Shown here: one piece after another, positions 7,593-15,170 of the stretch
How the letters are laid out: each line of letters opens with the position of its first letter
How positions within the stretch are numbered: position 1 is the stretch's first letter
Made by a program: the position numbers and the translations under genes
Notes under the pieces: generated by a model
Told to the model about the DNA's origin: nothing
Seen by the model: only the letters and a program-made list of their open reading frames with translations
The model's database searches: none
Assembly: GCF_003324675.1 (NCBI RefSeq)
Contig: NZ_CP030918.1
Coordinates: forward strand, 3,090,001-3,122,000
Direction of reading: 5' to 3'
Source: Paracoccus suum
GTDB taxonomy: Bacteria; Pseudomonadota; Alphaproteobacteria; Rhodobacterales; Rhodobacteraceae
DNA length: 32,000 nucleotides

Positions 7593-8914
7593 CAGGCGGC
7601 TGCATCGGCCTTGTCGCCCAGCCGCTCGGCCTTCACCTCGGCGAAAATCCGGCCGTCGCCGTCGAGGATCGCCTCGCGCCCGGTGTCGGCCTGCCAGCGT
7701 TCGACGGCGACATCGACGTAAGCCGGGCTGATCTCCATCGCGAAGACGCGTCGGCCGTTCGCCTCGCCCGCCATGATCTGCGAACCCGAACCCGAGAACG
7801 GCTCGTAGCAGAGCCCGCCCCGGGCCACATGCTGGCGCATCGGGATGCCGAACGCATCGAGCGGCTTCGGTGTCGGATGGTCGGGCCGGTCGTCCTTGGC
7901 GAAGCTGGGCAGCGCCCACGTCGATGCGAGGGTTTCCTCGGCCACCTTCGGCGGCCGGTTCGGGCGGCGCCAGCCCATGAAGCAGGGCTCGTGCTTCCAG
8001 AGGTAATGGGACCGGGTCAGGACACCGCGGTCCTTGACCCAGATGATCTGCTGGTGAACGAACGCGCCGGCCTTGTCCCAGCAGGCTTCCAGCATCGCCT
8101 GGCGGCGGGAGGCGTGCCAGCAATACCAGGCGGCATCTTCGGCGATGGCTTCCGCCACCGCGGCGGCAATGAAGCCGTCGTAGAGTTCCGCGCCTTGCGA
8201 GGAATCGTCCCAGGTCACGCCGTAGCTCTGACTCCAGTCCTTGTTCCGCGTCGGATGGTTCGAGCCATCGTAGTCGACGAGATACGGCGGGTCCGTTGCG
8301 AACAGGATCGCCCGCTCGCCATTCATCAGGCGGCGCACCTCGGCAGCGCTGGTGCTGTCGCCGCACAGCAGCCGGTGGTCGCCGAGGATCCAGAGATCAC
8401 CCGTCCGCGAAGCCGGGTTGCGCGGTGGCTCGGGGATGGTGACCGGCGGCACGGAGCCCCCGGCGCCACCCTCTTCCTCGCCGTCCCCCTCCGGCACGAA
8501 GGCCAGTAGCTTGTCGAGTTCGCCGTCCGAGAACCCGACCAGCGACAGGTCGAAGTCTTCGGCCAGCAACTCGTTCAACTCGGCCGAGAGCAGCGCCTCG
8601 TCCCATGTCCCGAGTTCGGTCAGCTTGTTGTCCGCGATCCGATAGGCCCGGCGCTGGGCCTCGGTCAGATGGCCGAGCACGATGACCGGTGCCTCGGTCA
8701 GCCCCAGTTGGGTCGCGGCCAGAACGCGCCCATGGCCTGCGATCAGCTCCCCGTCCTCGCCGACGAGGCAAGGCACGGTCCAGCCGAACTCGGCCATGCT
8801 GGCGGCGATCTTCACGACCTGGTCGGCCCCGTGCACCTTCGCGTTCTTCGCGTAGGGCTGCAGGCGCGACAGCGGCCAGGTCTCGATCCGATCCGGGGCA
8901 AAGCTCAGCGTCAT
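7592..8914 (-). CDS. ParB-like nuclease domain fused to a beta-class DPPY DNA methyltransferase (N6-A/N4-C family)
   Basis: 440 aa. The N-terminus LQPYAKNAKVHGADQVVKIAASMAEFGWTVPCLV...IAGHGRVLAA is ParB/Srx-like. DPPY motif in LFATDPPYLVDYDG, followed later by the AdoMet motif EPFSGSGS (order IV then I = beta class). GAAGGA RBS lies ~11 nt upstream. Confidence 0.9.
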   Translation of the reverse strand: MTLSFAPDRIETWPLSRLQPYAKNAKVHGADQVVKIAASMAEFGWTVPCLVGEDGELIAGHGRVLAATQLGLTEAPVIVLGHLTEAQRRAYRIADNKLTELGTWDEALLSAELNELLAEDFDLSLVGFSDGELDKLLAFVPEGDGEEEGGAGGSVPPVTIPEPPRNPASRTGDLWILGDHRLLCGDSTSAAEVRRLMNGERAILFATDPPYLVDYDGSNHPTRNKDWSQSYGVTWDDSSQGAELYDGFIAAAVAEAIAEDAAWYCWHASRRQAMLEACWDKAGAFVHQQIIWVKDRGVLTRSHYLWKHEPCFMGWRRPNRPPKVAEETLASTWALPSFAKDDRPDHPTPKPLDAFGIPMRQHVARGGLCYEPFSGSGSQIMAGEANGRRVFAMEISPAYVDVAVERWQADTGREAILDGDGRIFAEVKAERLGDKADAAA

Positions 8915-9033
8915 CTGCGGGCCGGTCCTTCAGGATCAGGGTGGATACCCTCGGCTCCGGACTCCGGGGGCCAGGCTAGACTCCACGCGGGGTCCAGCGG
9001 CCACCAGGGGTGTCCAGCTTCAAGGGTTTGATT

Positions 9034-9049
9034 TTTCGATGTTTCGATG
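9034..9049. repeat. Perfect tandem octamer TTTCGATG x2; a third copy lies at 9357-9364
   Basis: Read directly in the lower-GC intergenic region upstream of the methylase operon. Confidence 0.5.
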
Positions 9050-9164
9050 GGGTTCAGGCGGCGCTGGCTTCTGGGTGGCTTCCCAAAAAATCGGCCCTGT
9101 CGCTGGCGATGCGTCGCGCTTCGCCCGCCAGCATACGAATATCGTCAGGAAGGAACCAAGAACT

Positions 9165-9210
9165 CAATGGGTTAGCCCATTGGACCCCCACTGGACCCTT
9201 CGCTGGACCC
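9165..9210. promoter_or_regulatory. Palindrome CAATGGG-TTAG-CCCATTG followed by three direct TGGACCC repeats at 11-12 bp spacing (operator/iteron-like)
   Basis: Palindrome at 9165-9182. TGGACCC at 9181-9187, 9192-9198 and 9204-9210. An inverted copy GGGTCCA lies at 8990-8996. Confidence 0.45.
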
Positions 9211-9321
9211 CGGAAGCCAGCGGCGCGGCCTCTGCCTGCGCGCTCCTCTCCCGAGCATATTCGTTTTCTAACGGCCTCGTCGAAATGTGTAAGGGCCTGC
9301 GATGTACACCCGAAAATTTCC

Positions 9322-9768
9322 TCAGAGGACGATTTTTCTTGACAGCCGATTGGCGTTTTCGATGACGAACTGCTGTGACCGCCGGGGCGACGGCACGCGA
9401 CCGTTCAGCCGCCAAGTGATCACCGCCAGACCGTATTGCCAGCGCTTGGTCGCGGCCGTGCGCGACAGGCCGAACTGCCAGCAGATCGGCTTCCACGCCA
9501 TGCCGTCGGCGCGGGCCCAGACGAGGCGCCCATCCTCGGGCTCGAGCCAGCGCAGCCAGAGCATCGCCTCCTCGGCCTCCGTGATCTGTCGCGGGCTGGG
9601 CCTCGGGCGACGCATCTGCGGCTCCTGACCGACCTTGTCGGCGAAGCTGTGGAAATACTCGGGCCATGCGTTGAAGAAGCCCTGCGGCATCACGCCCGGC
9701 ATCTGCCGCATCACGCCCGCCGCAAGTTCAAGCCGATCCTGCACCTGCGCTGTGGTCCACTCACCCAT
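9322..9768 (-). CDS. Phage-associated hypothetical protein with C-terminal HTH-like segment (DUF6362-like, from memory)
   Basis: 148-aa ORF that overlaps the upstream gene by 8 nt. Contains ...WPEYFHSF...EAMLWLRWLEPEDGRLVWARADGMAWKPICWQFGLSRTAATKRWQYGLAVITWRLNG. Confidence 0.6.
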   Translation of the reverse strand: MGEWTTAQVQDRLELAAGVMRQMPGVMPQGFFNAWPEYFHSFADKVGQEPQMRRPRPSPRQITEAEEAMLWLRWLEPEDGRLVWARADGMAWKPICWQFGLSRTAATKRWQYGLAVITWRLNGRVPSPRRSQQFVIENANRLSRKIVL

Positions 9769-9964
9769 GACGCGCCTCCCGTTCCCGCTTGCCGTAGAGC
9801 CGCTCGCCGAGCTGGCGCACCAGCTCGCGCTCCGGCCAGGTCAGGCGGTCGTCGTCTATGGCGACGGCCAGCAACCCCTGTTCCTTCCAGCCGTCGCGCT
9901 TGACCTCGTCGGGGTTGCGGCGGTGACCGCCATAACCCTTGGGCGTGAACCGCATGCCGCTCAT
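9761..9964 (-). CDS. Hypothetical phage protein (67 aa)
   Basis: ATGA overlap with the RuvC-like gene stop (9961-9964). Charged, non-GC-artefact composition (MSGMRFTPKGYGGHRRNPDEVKRDGWKEQGLLAVAIDDDRLTWPERELV...). Confidence 0.5.
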   Translation of the reverse strand: MSGMRFTPKGYGGHRRNPDEVKRDGWKEQGLLAVAIDDDRLTWPERELVRQLGERLYGKREREARHG

Positions 9965-10497
9965 TGCACACCTCCCCGGGTCTCCAGCGCCCAGAGCAGG
10001 ATCGCGATGGCGTCGGCCTCATTGTCGTCGGCGGGGCTGAAGCCGCGCGCCCGGGCGGCCGCCATCACGGCGTCCTTGTTCGCGTTGCCCTTGCCGGTGG
10101 CGTGGCGCTTGATGGTGCCGACGGGAACGCCCTCGTAGGGAATGCCGCGCAATTCGGCCCATGCCGTCAGCGTGGCCATCAGCCCGCCATAGACATGGGC
10201 GGCATCGGTCGCGGCATGGCGGCGGACCTCTTCGAACCAGATGGCGGCGACGGGCCCGGACAGCCGGTCGATCTCGGTGAGCCAGTTCGTGAACCGCAGA
10301 TACCGCATGCCGCCACCGTCGAAGCGGCCGGGGCGGAAGGACGCCGTGCCGGAGGTGATCAGCCCGTCGATGCCGTGCAGCGCCCAGCCCGTCATGGTGC
10401 CGAGGTCGAGCGCCAGCGTCACCCGGTTGGCGCGGACGACGGGTCGCAGATCGGGGATTGCCTCACGGGCGGAGGTGGCGAGAGTCAGGTCAGCCAT
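9961..10497 (-). CDS. RuvC-fold Holliday-junction resolvase (phage type), 178 aa
   Basis: The true start MADLTLATS is at 10497. Catalytic-acid pattern LALDLGTMTGWAL ... IWFEEV ... DDNEADAIAILLWAL, as in RuvC-like nucleases. The 507-aa track ORF is a 5' extension. Confidence 0.8.
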   Translation of the reverse strand: MADLTLATSAREAIPDLRPVVRANRVTLALDLGTMTGWALHGIDGLITSGTASFRPGRFDGGGMRYLRFTNWLTEIDRLSGPVAAIWFEEVRRHAATDAAHVYGGLMATLTAWAELRGIPYEGVPVGTIKRHATGKGNANKDAVMAAARARGFSPADDNEADAIAILLWALETRGGVQ

Positions 10498-10617
10498 GGG
10501 TGGTCTCCTCTTCTGGTTGGCTGCTCGGGTGGAAGACGACGGTGGCCTGGTGCTTGGCGGTACGGGGCCGCCGTCGTCGGATCGGAATGTGCAGGGTGCG
10601 TCGGAGCCCGCGCGCGG

Positions 10618-11826
10618 ATGCCCTCGACGTATGGAAGGCGAGCCAGCCAGCGGTCTGAGGGCTGGGTACTCGTCCGCGATCAGTATGACGACGGCGGCAT
10701 CTCCGGCGGCACGCTGGATCGCCCCGGCCTGCAGCGGCTGCTGGAGGACATCGAGGACGGGCTGGTCGAAGTGGTGGTGGTCTACAAGATCGACCGCCTC
10801 AGCCGCTCCCTGGCCGACTTCGCCAAGTTGGTCGAGGTGTTCGACCGCAATGGCGTGACGTTCGTCTCGGTCACGCAGTCCTTCAACACGACCACGTCGA
10901 TGGGGCGGTTGACCCTGAACATCCTGCTCAGCTTCGCCCAGTTCGAGCGGGAGGTCACGGCCGAGCGGATCCGCGACAAGGTCGCCGCCAGCCGGAAGAA
11001 GGGCATATGGATGGGCGGGGTGCCGCCTTTCGGCTACCGTGTCGAGAACCGGAAGCTGGTGGTCGACGAAGAGCACGCTGCGCATGTGCGCTGGATCTTC
11101 GCCCGCTTCCTCGAGATCGGGTCCTGCACGGAACTGGCGCGGGAGGTCGGCACGCGGGGACTTCGGACGCCCCGCGGCAACCGGATCGACAAGAAATACA
11201 TCTATCGGATGCTCAGCAACCGCGCCTACATCGGCGAGGCGGTCCACAAGGGCGACAGCTATCCCGGCGAGCACCACGCCATCATCGACCGCGAGCTGTG
11301 GGACAAGGTTCACGCCATCCTGCAGGAGAGCCCCCGGAAGCGCGCCGCGCGCACGCGCGCCGACACGCCCGCGCTGCTGAAGGGGTTGCTCTACGGCCCC
11401 GACGGCGCGGCCTTCTCGCCGACCCACACGCGCAAGGCCGGGCGGCTCTACCGCTACTACGTCAGCCAGACGGTGCTGAAGCATGGCGCGGCGTCGTGTC
11501 CCATCGGCCGCGTGCCCGCCGGCGAGATCGAAGCGGCCGTCATCGAGCAGTTGCGCGCCGTGTTCCGCCAGCCTGAGATTGTCGCGGGCACATGGAAGGC
11601 GGCGCGGGTGCAGTACGGTGAGATCACCGAGGCCGACGCGCGCGCGGCGCTGATTCGGCTCGACCCGCTGTGGGACGATCTGTTCCCGGCCGAGCAGGCG
11701 CGCATCGTGGCGCTGCTGGTCGAGCGGGTCGAGATCGTCACGGAAGGCCTGAACGTCCGGCTGCGTATGGACGGACTGGCCGGGCTGGCGCGCGAAATCA
11801 CCGCCGACATAGGAGCAGCCGCATGA
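10618..11826 (+). CDS. Large serine recombinase, N-terminally truncated (catalytic Ser region missing); likely inactive remnant
   Basis: Strong resolvase/recombinase-domain blocks: EGWVLVRDQYDDGGISGGTLDRPGLQRLLEDIEDGLVEVVVVYKIDRLSRSLADFAKLVEVFDRNGVTFVSVTQSFNTTTSMGRLTLNILLSFAQFEREVTAERIRDKVAASRKKGIWMGG. The first in-frame ATG (10618) lies only 13 codons before the EGW block. No Y-x-R-x-S-S/T segment is present in frame. Confidence 0.75.
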   Translation: MPSTYGRRASQRSEGWVLVRDQYDDGGISGGTLDRPGLQRLLEDIEDGLVEVVVVYKIDRLSRSLADFAKLVEVFDRNGVTFVSVTQSFNTTTSMGRLTLNILLSFAQFEREVTAERIRDKVAASRKKGIWMGGVPPFGYRVENRKLVVDEEHAAHVRWIFARFLEIGSCTELAREVGTRGLRTPRGNRIDKKYIYRMLSNRAYIGEAVHKGDSYPGEHHAIIDRELWDKVHAILQESPRKRAARTRADTPALLKGLLYGPDGAAFSPTHTRKAGRLYRYYVSQTVLKHGAASCPIGRVPAGEIEAAVIEQLRAVFRQPEIVAGTWKAARVQYGEITEADARAALIRLDPLWDDLFPAEQARIVALLVERVEIVTEGLNVRLRMDGLAGLAREITADIGAAA

Positions 11827-12221
11827 CCCGCGCCACCCCGGTCCCCGATACTGTCACCATCCATGTCCCGTTCCGCCTCGTGAAGCGTGGGGGGCGGAAG
11901 GAGATGCAGTTGCCCGAAGGCGCGTCCACCCCGCGCCGCCCCGATGACGCACTCGTCAAGGCACTGGCCCGCGCGTTTCGCTGGAAGCGGATGCTGGAGT
12001 CTAGCGAGTACGCAACGGTCGCCGAATTGGCCGAGCGCGAGGGGATTGCGCCCTCTTACATGACCCGCGTCCTGCGTCTGACACTGCTCGCGCCCGACAT
12101 CGTCGAGGCGATCCTGGACGGGAAGCAGGGGCCATTGGTGACGCTGGTGCGGGTGATGGAGCCGTTCCCGGTGGAGTGGAACGACCAGTTGCCTTCCCTT
12201 CGCAATAGCCGCATGACGTAA
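11823..12221 (+). CDS. Recombinase-associated HTH protein (132 aa)
   Basis: ATGA overlap with the recombinase stop. Contains PFRLVKRGGRKEMQLPEG...LARAFRWKRMLESSEYATVAELAEREGIAPSYMTRVLRLTLLAPDIVEAILDGKQ, a block I recognise as a frequent companion or C-terminal extension of such recombinases. Confidence 0.65.
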   Translation: MTRATPVPDTVTIHVPFRLVKRGGRKEMQLPEGASTPRRPDDALVKALARAFRWKRMLESSEYATVAELAEREGIAPSYMTRVLRLTLLAPDIVEAILDGKQGPLVTLVRVMEPFPVEWNDQLPSLRNSRMT

Positions 12222-12230
12222 GAATACGAC

Positions 12231-12262
12231 TTGCTGACCGTTTTTTGCTGCACTAAACACAC
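12231..12262 (+). promoter_or_regulatory. Candidate promoter/operator of the RHH-MTase operon: TTGCTG direct repeat (12231-12236, 12245-12250) and a TAAACA -10-like element
   Basis: TTGCTG, then a 17-nt spacer, then TAAACA, ending ~7 nt before ATG 12266. No SD is visible, so the mRNA may be leaderless or nearly so. Confidence 0.3.
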
Positions 12263-12265
12263 ATC

Positions 12266-12478
12266 ATGGCGCGACCGAAGGGACGAACGAAGACAGCCAG
12301 GGTCACGATTAACCTGGACGAACGAGCGTACGCCCTGTTGCTCGCCTTCGCGGAGCGTGACGACGCCCCGGTGGCGCAGGTTGCTCGAAAGGCGGTCGTG
12401 GACTTCCTCAATCGCGTCGAACCAACAATAGATCAAGGCTCGCTCCCGTTCGTGCGCCCGCAAAGAGAAGACCACTAA
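12266..12478 (+). CDS. Ribbon-helix-helix (CopG/Arc/MetJ-type) DNA-binding protein, 70 aa; putative controller of the cassette
   Basis: MARPKGRTKTARVTINLDERAYALLLAFAERDDAPVAQVARKAVVDFLNRV shows basic N-terminal beta-strand (VTINLDE), helix, helix. Its stop overlaps the M1 start (TAATG). Confidence 0.75.
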   Translation: MARPKGRTKTARVTINLDERAYALLLAFAERDDAPVAQVARKAVVDFLNRVEPTIDQGSLPFVRPQREDH

Positions 12479-13662
12479 TGGCGCACGGAACACACGAACC
12501 CACCCCCCAAAAGACGGATAGCTGGTCAGCTTCGCTAGATCCGGAAACAGCAGCAAGGTCGTCTTTGTCAGAGGTTGATTGGGGCTTCCCCGATCGGCGC
12601 AGCCATAGCGAGATCGAAGGCGTCCACCCTTATCCTGCCAAATTCATTGCGGAAATCCCGCGAGCACTCATCAACTGCTTGCCACTGCCTCCCCACAGCG
12701 GTGTGCTGGACCCGTTCTGCGGGAGCGGTAGCAGTTTAGTTGAAAGCCAGCGACTAGGCATTCCCGCTGTCGGAGTCGACCTGAACCCAATCGCTTGCCT
12801 AATGTCTCGCGTTAAGACCTCGGCCTGCCCGACCGATATCGAGCAGCTTGCTGCTCGGATTGTAGCGAGCTCAGAGACAGCTTCTGATGGCGAGATTCCT
12901 GAAATTCCTAATCTTGATCACTGGTTCCAGCCAAATGTCCAGGTGGAGATCAATAAGATTGCTCGTTCTATCGCGACTTCCCCAAGTGAGGCTCGCGATG
13001 CGCTGAAGCTAGCACTTTCGAGTATTATTGTCAGAGTCTCTAATCAGGAAAGCGATACCCGATATGCGGCGGTACAGAAGGATATCGATCCTTCCGCCGT
13101 CCCCACGCTTTTTTTGCGCGCGGTCAACCGCATCAACGCCGCTCTCCAAAATAGACCATATCCCTTGACCTCCGTGGATGTAATTGAGAACGACATCCTG
13201 AAGGTAGAGCCGAGCATGATTGGGCGACCGATTGGATTGGTCGTAACATCTCCTCCATACCCGAACGCATATGAGTATTGGCTTTATCACAAATACCGGA
13301 TGTGGTGGTTGGGGTATGACCCATTGAAGGTGAAAGCTGACGAGATTGGTGCGCGGGCTCACTTCTTCAAGAAGAACCACCACACGGCCGAAGATTTTGC
13401 ACGGCAAATGAGACAGACGCTAAAGCTTCTGGGAAACGTGTTGGTGAAGGGGGGCTTTGCAAGTTTCGTGGTTGGCCGCTCGAAGATCCATGGGAAGATT
13501 TACGACAACTCGGAAATCATCACAGATGAAGCTGCACCGCTTGGCTTCACTCCGTTCTTCGTAACAGAGCGGGAACTGTCAGCGAACCGAAAATCATTCA
13601 ACCTTTCTCATGCAAACATTAAGACAGAAACCGTCTTGGTGCTGCGGAAGGAGGTCGAGTGA
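12478..13662 (+). CDS. DNA methyltransferase M1, N4/N6 family, SPPY motif (predicted N4-cytosine), motif I before motif IV
   Basis: 394 aa. HPYPAKF...VLDPFCGSGSSLVESQRLG (FCGSG at 12715-12729), DLNP, and VVTSPPYPNAYEY (SPPY at 13249-13260). Lies in the low-GC region. Confidence 0.85.
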   Translation: MAHGTHEPTPQKTDSWSASLDPETAARSSLSEVDWGFPDRRSHSEIEGVHPYPAKFIAEIPRALINCLPLPPHSGVLDPFCGSGSSLVESQRLGIPAVGVDLNPIACLMSRVKTSACPTDIEQLAARIVASSETASDGEIPEIPNLDHWFQPNVQVEINKIARSIATSPSEARDALKLALSSIIVRVSNQESDTRYAAVQKDIDPSAVPTLFLRAVNRINAALQNRPYPLTSVDVIENDILKVEPSMIGRPIGLVVTSPPYPNAYEYWLYHKYRMWWLGYDPLKVKADEIGARAHFFKKNHHTAEDFARQMRQTLKLLGNVLVKGGFASFVVGRSKIHGKIYDNSEIITDEAAPLGFTPFFVTERELSANRKSFNLSHANIKTETVLVLRKEVE

Positions 13663-15146
13663 TGCGGCTCCGTTGGCATAACTACAAGTACTACCCCTAC
13701 GAGAAAGAGCTCGCTTCTCGGGAGGTGACTTCACTGATCTGCCCGTCAGGAGCCAATGAAGTACAAGATGGCCTGGATTTGCGCGAAGCAAGGCCCGGTT
13801 CCGGAGCGGAACGCCTGACCTATTTCAAGGGCTACGAGAATGGCTCTGGGTTTACTTCAACGGTGCAAGCTGAGCTGGAGGAAACGGCACGAAACGGAAA
13901 AAACCGCCAGGCGACACGTTATTCAGTTCATGGCCTGCATGAATACAAAGGGAAATTTAATCCGCAAGTCGCCAAGGCGCTTCTTAATATTTTCAAGGTT
14001 GAGCCTGGGCAGACTGTCCTTGATCCGTTCTGTGGTAGCGGCACGACTCTCGTTGAGTGTTGCCATTTGGGTGTCGACGCGGTCGGCACTGACATAAATC
14101 CACTCGCAGTCTTCTTGTCGAACGCAAAGCTACTTGGCTTGTCGGTCCCGCCCTGTGAACTCCGAAAAGCGCACAAGAACATTTCGGCCCAGCTTCGATC
14201 TTTTGATGGAAGGAAAGCCCCTCAGTCTTCTGCTGCGCGTCGCGAATACCTACTGAAATGGTTTGATCCTGAAATCTACGACGAAATCGAAGGCGTTCGG
14301 GCCATCATCCTCGACATTGCCGGCGAGATGTCGCCAATTTTTCTATCTGTAGCTAGCAACCTTCTTCGTGAGTATTCCCAGCAGGACCCACGAGACTTGC
14401 GGATCAGGAGGAGGACCTCGCCACTTCCGTCGAATTCGTTCACATCTGCGCTCTTGGATGCGCTTCCACAAATTATTGATCGGATACTTTCCGCGCGAGA
14501 ACTCATTGGTTCACGGGCACCTCTCGGTCGAGCGGTACTCTGTGACGTATCCGAGTTGACGGCAGATAGCGCAATGCGGAAGTTCGATGCCGCCATTACC
14601 AGCCCGCCATATGCCATGGCACTCCCGTATATTGACACGCAACGCCTTTCGTTGGTTTGGCTTGATCTCCTGGCGCCCAATCAAATTCTCGAACTCGAGG
14701 CATCACTGATCGGAAGTAGAGAGCTTCGTGGAAACTCAAAGCGGGAACTGCCTCAATTGCTCGCATCAAACGAGGCAGAATTGCCGGATCAAGAGTACGA
14801 ACTTTGCATCAAGCTCGAGGATTTGCTCGGTGAAGAAGACGGGTTTCGCAGGCGTGCCGTTCCGTCGCTTCTGTATCGATACTTCGCGTCGATGAAAGCA
14901 AACTTCAGCTCAGTGAACAGGCTGATGAGAGAGGGAGCTCCCTACGCTTTGATTGTTGGCCACAACCACACTACAATCGGGGGCGTTCGTCATGACATCG
15001 ATACCCCCGAACACTTGTCGCGACTGGCTACTGCGGTCGGCTGGAAAGTAGAAGAACTCATTCCGCTGCAAACCTACCGGCGCTACGGATATCATGTGAG
15101 TAATGCGGTTGCAGCAGAAACGCTGATCATACTTCGGAAAGAATAG
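13662..15146 (+). CDS. DNA methyltransferase M2, paralogous to M1, SPPY motif (predicted N4-cytosine), with an extra ~45-aa N-terminal segment
   Basis: 494 aa from ATG 13662 (the track starts at GTG 13659). The start overlaps the M1 stop (TGATG). LHEYKGKFNPQ...VLDPFCGSGTTLVECCHLG (14028-14042), DINP, AITSPPYAMALPY (14601-14612). Confidence 0.85.
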   Translation: MRLRWHNYKYYPYEKELASREVTSLICPSGANEVQDGLDLREARPGSGAERLTYFKGYENGSGFTSTVQAELEETARNGKNRQATRYSVHGLHEYKGKFNPQVAKALLNIFKVEPGQTVLDPFCGSGTTLVECCHLGVDAVGTDINPLAVFLSNAKLLGLSVPPCELRKAHKNISAQLRSFDGRKAPQSSAARREYLLKWFDPEIYDEIEGVRAIILDIAGEMSPIFLSVASNLLREYSQQDPRDLRIRRRTSPLPSNSFTSALLDALPQIIDRILSARELIGSRAPLGRAVLCDVSELTADSAMRKFDAAITSPPYAMALPYIDTQRLSLVWLDLLAPNQILELEASLIGSRELRGNSKRELPQLLASNEAELPDQEYELCIKLEDLLGEEDGFRRRAVPSLLYRYFASMKANFSSVNRLMREGAPYALIVGHNHTTIGGVRHDIDTPEHLSRLATAVGWKVEELIPLQTYRRYGYHVSNAVAAETLIILRKE

Positions 15147-15170
15147 CACGCCGATCTTCAATCGTTGTTT

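Larger units (their letters stand above)
1..10497 (-). mobile_element. Prophage segment (lambda-type head-morphogenesis module plus early/methylase module); the left end lies outside the window
   Basis: Contiguous phage genes: protease, portal, gpW, TerL, TerS, two MTases, RuvC-like. Start/stop overlaps occur throughout. Confidence 0.8.

Noticed and set aside
7593-8366. 5' extension of the C5-MTase ORF (track ORF 6591-8366, 591 aa)
   Set aside because: The extension overlaps the ParB-MTase gene in another frame and translates to R/G/P-rich nonsense. Conserved MTase motifs begin right after Met at 7592, which forms an ATGA overlap with the upstream stop.
1-10497. Idea that the phage-like region is an RcGTA-type gene transfer agent cluster
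   Set aside because: The head genes here are lambda-type (GpA terminase, gpW, lambda-family portal, ClpP-like protease). They are accompanied by MTases, a RuvC-like resolvase and regulatory regions, so this is a prophage-like organisation rather than the compact GTA structural cluster.
10498-11484. 5' extension of the RuvC-like ORF (track ORF 9961-11484, 507 aa) and 5' extension of the recombinase ORF (9964-10617)
   Set aside because: Each extension is antisense to the other gene's recognisable coding sequence and lacks any domain signature. Conserved sequence begins at 10497 (RuvC-like) and ~10650 (recombinase).
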